DNA of 64,000 bases, taken from NCBI GenBank assembly GCA_016930175.1, contig JAFGHJ010000006.1:68086-132085 (forward strand), written 5' to 3'. The translations under genes were made by a program, and so were the position numbers. This stretch comes from a candidate division WOR-3 bacterium (GTDB taxonomy: Bacteria; Hydrothermota; UBA3072). Positions 59,029 through 64,000 of the stretch are shown piece after piece (the stretch's first letter is position 1; each line of letters begins with the position of its first letter). A model generated the notes under the pieces. That model was not told where the DNA came from and searched no databases. It was given only the letters and a program-made list of their open reading frames with translations.

Positions 59029-61372
59029 CTTTGTCCTCCGCATTTATAGATTGTTGGTCGCATAATCTTAATATTCTTACCAAAACAAAATATAAAAATG
59101 TTTCATCGGGCTTACCGAAGTTCACTGTATACTGGTTTAAATCTTCTTCATTATCCCATTTTCTAATCACCTCATTGTTTTTATCAAATTTGTAGAATGA
59201 AGATGCGTAATTTCTTATCATTTCTAAAACCAAATTAATCCCCTCTCTTTCAATCTGATAAGAATTGACCCAGTGAGAAGTCGCTGAATGGTGTTTTATT
59301 ATTGCAGAAGTAAGTGCCCTTGCTATAGTTTCGAATTCTTCATCGTCTTCCAAAATATCTTCCAAAATAGCAAAGGCTGCTATTGCTCCAATTCCTGCAT
59401 GTGGTGGTAGTTTTTTGGGCAATTTATCTTTGATAGAGTCAAAATCAGTATGTGCGAGTAGTTCTTCTCTGTTGTAATTTCCCTTTGCTTTCTGAAAATC
59501 GCCGGCAATTTTTTGCCATTTCTTGTTTAACTTCCCATAGTCGTGCATTATTAGCATAAATTTAATCATTTCGTCAATTGGGGTCGTGAAATTATGTTTA
59601 TGCCACAATTTAGAGAGAGGATAATGAATTTCATCTCTGAAATTGGTTTCATAAATCTTTATCATACTACTAATATGGTTTTCATAGGTTTCCTTTTTGT
59701 ATCCGAATAATTCTTTTTTCTCTGTTTCTTGAAGACTTGATTCTATAGTTTTGCTTTTCAAAAGAAAGTTCATCCCAATTTTACTGTTGTAATTAACGTA
59801 TTTAGGATTGAGGACAATCCTGGGATAAATCTTTATATCTTCTATAGAAATTTGACTCATTTTAAATCTAGCTATTTCGAAATCAGTAAAAATGTTGTTT
59901 TCTTCTATCAATGAAACAAAGGGCTCCACTTCTTCCTCGTCTACTAGTTCTTCAGTCCTTCTAAGTCTATTTATTAGGGTGTAAGGATTTATGGAAATAG
60001 CATCATAATTATACATAGGATAAAGGGGGCTTGTTTTTCTTAAGAAGATGACACTTGTGGAATTAATATCTCTTATCAAGTCTCGTCCAGTTCCTTTATC
60101 GCTTTCTTCCCAAGCTTTTTGTATGCGTCCAAAGTCAAAGCTTTTTGCATTTTCTATTTCTTTAATCTCTTTTTTGGTGAGAATTGTATTCACTATTCTT
60201 TCACCAGTGGCATAATTTATCGATTTCTCGTTTGCTAATTCTTTCATTGTGGCTATGCAGAGATTCTCTTCATATGGCAAATATGACTTATTTTTGTTTT
60301 CATTTTCTTGTACATTATAGACAAATATTCTTCCTTTTTCATTTTCAAATCTAGCACACCTCCCCGCTCTTTGTAAAAAGGAATTAATGGGAGAGATTTC
60401 TGTAAGCAACGTATCGCAGCTAATATCCAATCCTACTTCGATAACCTGAGTGGAAATAAGTATTGCTTCTCTGTCAAGGTTAGCTTTCTTCCCGAAGATA
60501 TTAAGGATTTTTTTCTCCTTGGCTGTTCGGTCTTTTTTCAAAAACCTCGAATGAATACAAATGAGTTCAAATTTACTTTTCTGCTCAAGTTCAAGATATA
60601 ATTTCTGTGCTTTCTCTACAGTATTACAAATAACTATAGTTTTCTTTTTATGCTCTTTTTGTATGTCAGTGGCCTCTAAATGCTTTTTTCTGACAACAAG
60701 TTCTTTTTCGTTTTTGAGTTGCGGTATAGAAATAAATTCATTTTCATCAAGAGTAACCGAATTACTCCCTAAAAATCTGTTGATTTCTCGAATAGTATTA
60801 TCGGAGATTGTAGCAGTCATAATACAAAAACGTGATAATTCTTTTAATTTTTTGAGAATATTCAAGGATGTTGTTAATGACCTTGTAGGGTCAAGAAGGT
60901 GAAATTCATCAAATATCAGATAGGAACCAATAATAGCACCTGCGTTTATATTGGCTTGTCTTTTTGACAAAGAATATGGAAAGCCAAGTATAGAACTTAA
61001 GGTTTGGTCAATAGTAGTGAAGATTATATCTGATTCAAAATATTTGTCGTTTGGCAATTCACCCGTTTGTAAAGAAACTCTTAATCCTGTTTCTTTAATT
61101 TTGCTATTACATGAGATCTCATTATAAAGACTGTTTGCCAATGTCCGAAGAGGCAAGGAGTAAATAATTTTTTTGGGAGAAGGGGTTCCCTCTTTATTAG
61201 CAAAAACAAAAGGAAGAATAGAAGCCCAAGTTTTCCCTGCGCCAGTTGGAGCTTTCAACAGAACGTTATTCATTTGTAAGTAGTTCTCAAATAATCTTTT
61301 CTGAAAATCGTATGGTTTAAAATTTGTAGTCTTTTCGAAGAAAGAAATATAACTATCTATATATTCCTGCAT
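59015..61372 (-). CDS. cas3: Cas3 helicase with C-terminal HD nuclease domain
   Basis: APTGAGKT, DEFH, QRAGRCAR, followed by H..HDYGK..H..HH..D. Confidence 0.93.
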   Translation of the reverse strand: MQEYIDSYISFFEKTTNFKPYDFQKRLFENYLQMNNVLLKAPTGAGKTWASILPFVFANKEGTPSPKKIIYSLPLRTLANSLYNEISCNSKIKETGLRVSLQTGELPNDKYFESDIIFTTIDQTLSSILGFPYSLSKRQANINAGAIIGSYLIFDEFHLLDPTRSLTTSLNILKKLKELSRFCIMTATISDNTIREINRFLGSNSVTLDENEFISIPQLKNEKELVVRKKHLEATDIQKEHKKKTIVICNTVEKAQKLYLELEQKSKFELICIHSRFLKKDRTAKEKKILNIFGKKANLDREAILISTQVIEVGLDISCDTLLTEISPINSFLQRAGRCARFENEKGRIFVYNVQENENKNKSYLPYEENLCIATMKELANEKSINYATGERIVNTILTKKEIKEIENAKSFDFGRIQKAWEESDKGTGRDLIRDINSTSVIFLRKTSPLYPMYNYDAISINPYTLINRLRRTEELVDEEEVEPFVSLIEENNIFTDFEIARFKMSQISIEDIKIYPRIVLNPKYVNYNSKIGMNFLLKSKTIESSLQETEKKELFGYKKETYENHISSMIKIYETNFRDEIHYPLSKLWHKHNFTTPIDEMIKFMLIMHDYGKLNKKWQKIAGDFQKAKGNYNREELLAHTDFDSIKDKLPKKLPPHAGIGAIAAFAILEDILEDDEEFETIARALTSAIIKHHSATSHWVNSYQIEREGINLVLEMIRNYASSFYKFDKNNEVIRKWDNEEDLNQYTVNFGKPDETFLYFVLVRILRLCDQQSINAEDKDVSK

Positions 61373-61433
61373 TAACAAATGGATTCCCACTAAAATTAAG
61401 AAATGACTTTTTCTCACCGTGGGAATTCCCCAT
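61353..61433 (-). pseudogene. 26-codon remnant resembling a Cas8b1/Cst1 N-terminus
   Basis: AAGGAGGTTT-ATG; MGNSHGEKKSFLNFSGNPFVNAGIYR*. Confidence 0.55.
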
Positions 61434-61480
61434 AAACCTCCTTCTCTACTTACCAATCATTATTTGCAATTTCCGATTCA

Positions 61481-62233
61481 CTATTTACCATTAACTACCT
61501 CAAACATCCCAAACCCCTGGGGGTTTTTGGAGCCTATTCCCGCGTCCCAGGCGAGTTTTAGCATTTCCGGATGACTTTTGATTTTATATACTCCAAGCCA
61601 TCCTTTGATAACATATTTATCTTTATAATAAGTAATTTGTTCGCTCCTTTTACTCAATTTTTCGGGAATTATTTTAAGTTCGGAATCCGGCGGTTCATTT
61701 TTATATAATGCCCTGTACTTTCTTTTGATGTTTTCACCTACTAATTCGGGAAATTCTGATTCACGGGGGTGAAAATAATATGTTTTTTTCTTTCCGTTTC
61801 TGTCTTCTAAGGTTCTGTAAACGGTAACGGGCGAAATCATTTTTATAAGTATTTCTTCTTCAAAAACGGGAGTGATACTTATTTCGATGGAGTTTATATA
61901 TATCTGGTTTTCACCAAGCCTTATTTCCGGGTTTTTTAAAAGTTCAGTTGCATACGATTCGAGAAATTCGCTTTCGGGTGATGAAACCCATAGGTCGAAA
62001 TTATCTTTGAAGATTAAACTTTTGCTTTCGCTGTTGTAATTGCATTTTCCTTGAAGCCTCGAAAAAGTGAACATTTTAAAAGACCTTTTCCCATCTGTAT
62101 ATCCTTTATTGTGTAGAAAATCCGATAACTTATCTGAAATGTTGTTATATATGAAAGATTGAACGAGATAATTATAATTTACAGGAATTTTAAAAACACT
62201 ATTTAACGGCGAAAATTGTATCTTTATCCGCAT
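61481..62233 (-). CDS. cas6: CRISPR endoribonuclease Cas6
   Basis: FLHNKG, FTFS, C-terminal GIGSKNPQGFG; apparently leaderless start at 62233. Confidence 0.97.
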   Translation of the reverse strand: MRIKIQFSPLNSVFKIPVNYNYLVQSFIYNNISDKLSDFLHNKGYTDGKRSFKMFTFSRLQGKCNYNSESKSLIFKDNFDLWVSSPESEFLESYATELLKNPEIRLGENQIYINSIEISITPVFEEEILIKMISPVTVYRTLEDRNGKKKTYYFHPRESEFPELVGENIKRKYRALYKNEPPDSELKIIPEKLSKRSEQITYYKDKYVIKGWLGVYKIKSHPEMLKLAWDAGIGSKNPQGFGMFEVVNGK

Positions 62234-62403
62234 ATAACTATAGTAACTGTTTTTAATTGGCATGTCAATACCAAAATTTTTTTAGTCTTTGGAATAATAC
62301 AGTGTTAATCAGTGGCTAATTTCTTGGGTATGGGGATGGAGAAACAAACAAAAAATCTCTGTGCGTTCTTGACAGGAGAGAAAAAAGACCACATAATATA
62401 AAC

Positions 62404-62461
62404 GTACTTAGTTTTTTTGTAATACCCCCGAGCGGGAGCGTGTCGCTCCCGTTTGGTTTTT
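62404..62461 (+). ncRNA. Candidate small RNA (~58 nt) divergent from cas6
   Basis: TTGACA(62369)-N17-CATAAT(62392), no ORF, 13-bp terminator stem 62428-62456 followed by T5. Confidence 0.5.
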
Positions 62462-62479
62462 ATTAACATCGTTAATAAA

Positions 62480-62640
62480 GAAGTTAGTAGTTGGTAGTTA
62501 GAAGTTAGAATAAAAAATCAGTGTGTATCAGTGTAAATCCGTGGCTAATTTAAGGGGATGGGGTTGGGTTTTAAACAACAAAAAAACTCTGTGTACTCTG
62601 CGTTTTTCGTTTCTTTCTCTGTGTTCTCTGTGGTTAAGTT
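62480..62640 (-). repeat. Cluster of degenerate 7/9-nt-period repeats, inverted relative to 50251-50375
   Basis: CTCTGTGTTCTCTGTGGTT, ATCAGTGTGTATCAGTGTAAATCCGTGGC, AAGTTAG-type heptamers. Confidence 0.8.
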
Positions 62641-62641
62641 T

Positions 62642-63124
62642 TTAATGTTGTAATAGCCTTATAGTAAAAAAGGATATCATTGCAAAAGATATAACGATCT
62701 TGAGAAAAGTTCCTCCGAAGAAGCCGATAACCGCACCGGTCCCAGACCTGAAAGCCTCTTTTATTTTCTTTCCAACTATTAGCTCTCCGAGTAAAGCGCC
62801 GGCAAGTGGCCCTATAATTAAACCCCAGGGAGCGAAAAAGACACCGATAACAGCGCCCACGAAAGCGCCGACAAATCCGAGTTTTGAGGCACCGAATTTC
62901 TTCGAACCTATGGAACTTGAAATATATTCTATTACGACAGAAATTACTGTCAATATCAGAAAGATAATAATAAGATTTCTGGAAATAATTGTAAATCCTG
63001 TGATCCATGCGTAGATGTAAATTCCGGCAAATACAAGAGGGGTACCGGGGAGCATCGGCAGTACACATCCGGCAAGACCGACTAACATAAGAAGATAACA
63101 GCCTATAAGGATAAGGGTATGCAT
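62642..63124 (-). CDS. DUF456 family membrane protein
   Basis: VLPMLPG, KKFGASK, GLIIGP..GALLGE. Confidence 0.88.
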   Translation of the reverse strand: MHTLILIGCYLLMLVGLAGCVLPMLPGTPLVFAGIYIYAWITGFTIISRNLIIIFLILTVISVVIEYISSSIGSKKFGASKLGFVGAFVGAVIGVFFAPWGLIIGPLAGALLGELIVGKKIKEAFRSGTGAVIGFFGGTFLKIVISFAMISFFTIRLLQH

Positions 63125-63133
63125 GAAATTTTT

Positions 63134-64000
63134 TTACCTGAAGAAAGAAGAAAGCGCCGCAGGGCCTCCTCTTCCTTTCATTTGTTTAAGTAGTTTCTGA
63201 GCCATCTTGAATTCTTTAAGCAAACGGTTGATATCTTGAACAGATGTACCGCTACCGCTAGCGATGCGTTTTCTTCTCGAACTATCTAATATCGAGGGAT
63301 TTTGTCGCTCCTTGGGCGTCATCGATTGTATGATAGCTTCGGTCCTTACCATCTGTTTTTCATCCATCATTTTCTTCAAACCCTTTCCGCCGGGAAACAT
63401 ATCGAGGAGCGCATCGAGAGGACCTATTCTTTTCAATTGTTTTATCTGCCCGAGAAAATCTTCCAGGTCGAGTTTTCCTTCTTGTATTTTTTTCTGGAAT
63501 TTTTCAACCTCTTCTTTCTCAACAGCCTTTTCTGCTTTTTCCTGGAGAGTTTTCAAATCTCCCATACCTAGAATTCTTGATGCCAGTCTTTCCGGATGCA
63601 AAACCTCAAGAGCGTCAACTTTTTCACCGATACCTATAAATTTTATTGGCTTTCCCGTAACCTTTCTCATGGAAAGAGCGGCACCGCCTCGCGCGTCTCC
63701 ATCCATTTTGGTGAGAATAATTCCGGTTATTCCCAGGGCGTTTTCGAATTCTTGAGCGATATTTACAGCATCCTGTCCCGTCATTGAGTCCGCGACCAGA
63801 AGAATCTCGGAAGGATTAACGGTTTCTTTTATCTGTTTAATCTGCTTGAGCATTTCTATATCGATGTGTAATCTGCCTGCGGTATCGAAAATAAGAGTGT
63901 CGTATCTCTTAAGCACGGAACGTGAAAGAGCCTGTTTGCAGAGCTTTACTTCGTTGTCGAGTCGCTCGGAAAAATAAGGAAGATTTTCTCTTTCTGCCAT
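63134..64000 (-). CDS. ffh: Signal recognition particle protein Ffh (3' part; start outside the window)
   Basis: DTAGR, TKMDGDARGGAALS, RILGMGD, SRRKRIASGSG. Confidence 0.98.
   Translation of the reverse strand: MAERENLPYFSERLDNEVKLCKQALSRSVLKRYDTLIFDTAGRLHIDIEMLKQIKQIKETVNPSEILLVADSMTGQDAVNIAQEFENALGITGIILTKMDGDARGGAALSMRKVTGKPIKFIGIGEKVDALEVLHPERLASRILGMGDLKTLQEKAEKAVEKEEVEKFQKKIQEGKLDLEDFLGQIKQLKRIGPLDALLDMFPGGKGLKKMMDEKQMVRTEAIIQSMTPKERQNPSILDSSRRKRIASGSGTSVQDINRLLKEFKMAQKLLKQMKGRGGPAALSSFFR

Noticed and set aside
50230..62640. CRISPR-associated transposon interpretation
   Set aside because: No tnsABC/tniQ or other transposase or integrase is present, and Cas3 retains its nuclease motifs.

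Overview
Low-GC bacterial chromosome segment (diderm anaerobe; the lineage cannot be fixed from sequence alone) that spans the replication origin. oriC lies between dnaA and dnaN (~37.6-37.8 kb), and two perfect parS sites bracket rsmG about 13.5 kb away. Most of the window is housekeeping: gcvT-H-PA, argG-H-R, truA, apt, rpsU, cvpA-mutS2, cysE-cysK, nrdD/nrdG, rpmB, recO, hypCDE, ffh. It also carries two diguanylate cyclases, several TPR/envelope genes and a complete type I CRISPR-Cas locus (42 repeats, 41 spacers). The main observations not explained by ordinary annotation are: (1) a ~280-nt folded element at 32346-32625 holding two nested copies of the same three-way-junction motif with compensatory and G-U changes; (2) an nrdD whose glycyl-radical segment sits in a separate 56-aa ORF, reachable from its own RBS or by a -1 slippery site; (3) a family of short-period intergenic repeats that form inverted pairs around inserted modules (a 2-gene cassette and the whole CRISPR-Cas locus); (4) two similar promoter-to-terminator units with no ORF (candidate sRNAs); (5) a chimeric Cas operon with a cas8b1-like scar, a Cas3 with C-terminal HD domain and a hidden Cas11 start; (6) an uncharacterised Cys-repeat/LolA-like/YidD-like/TPR operon containing a probable ATT start codon. 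All calls are by eye; no database searches or folding programs were run.
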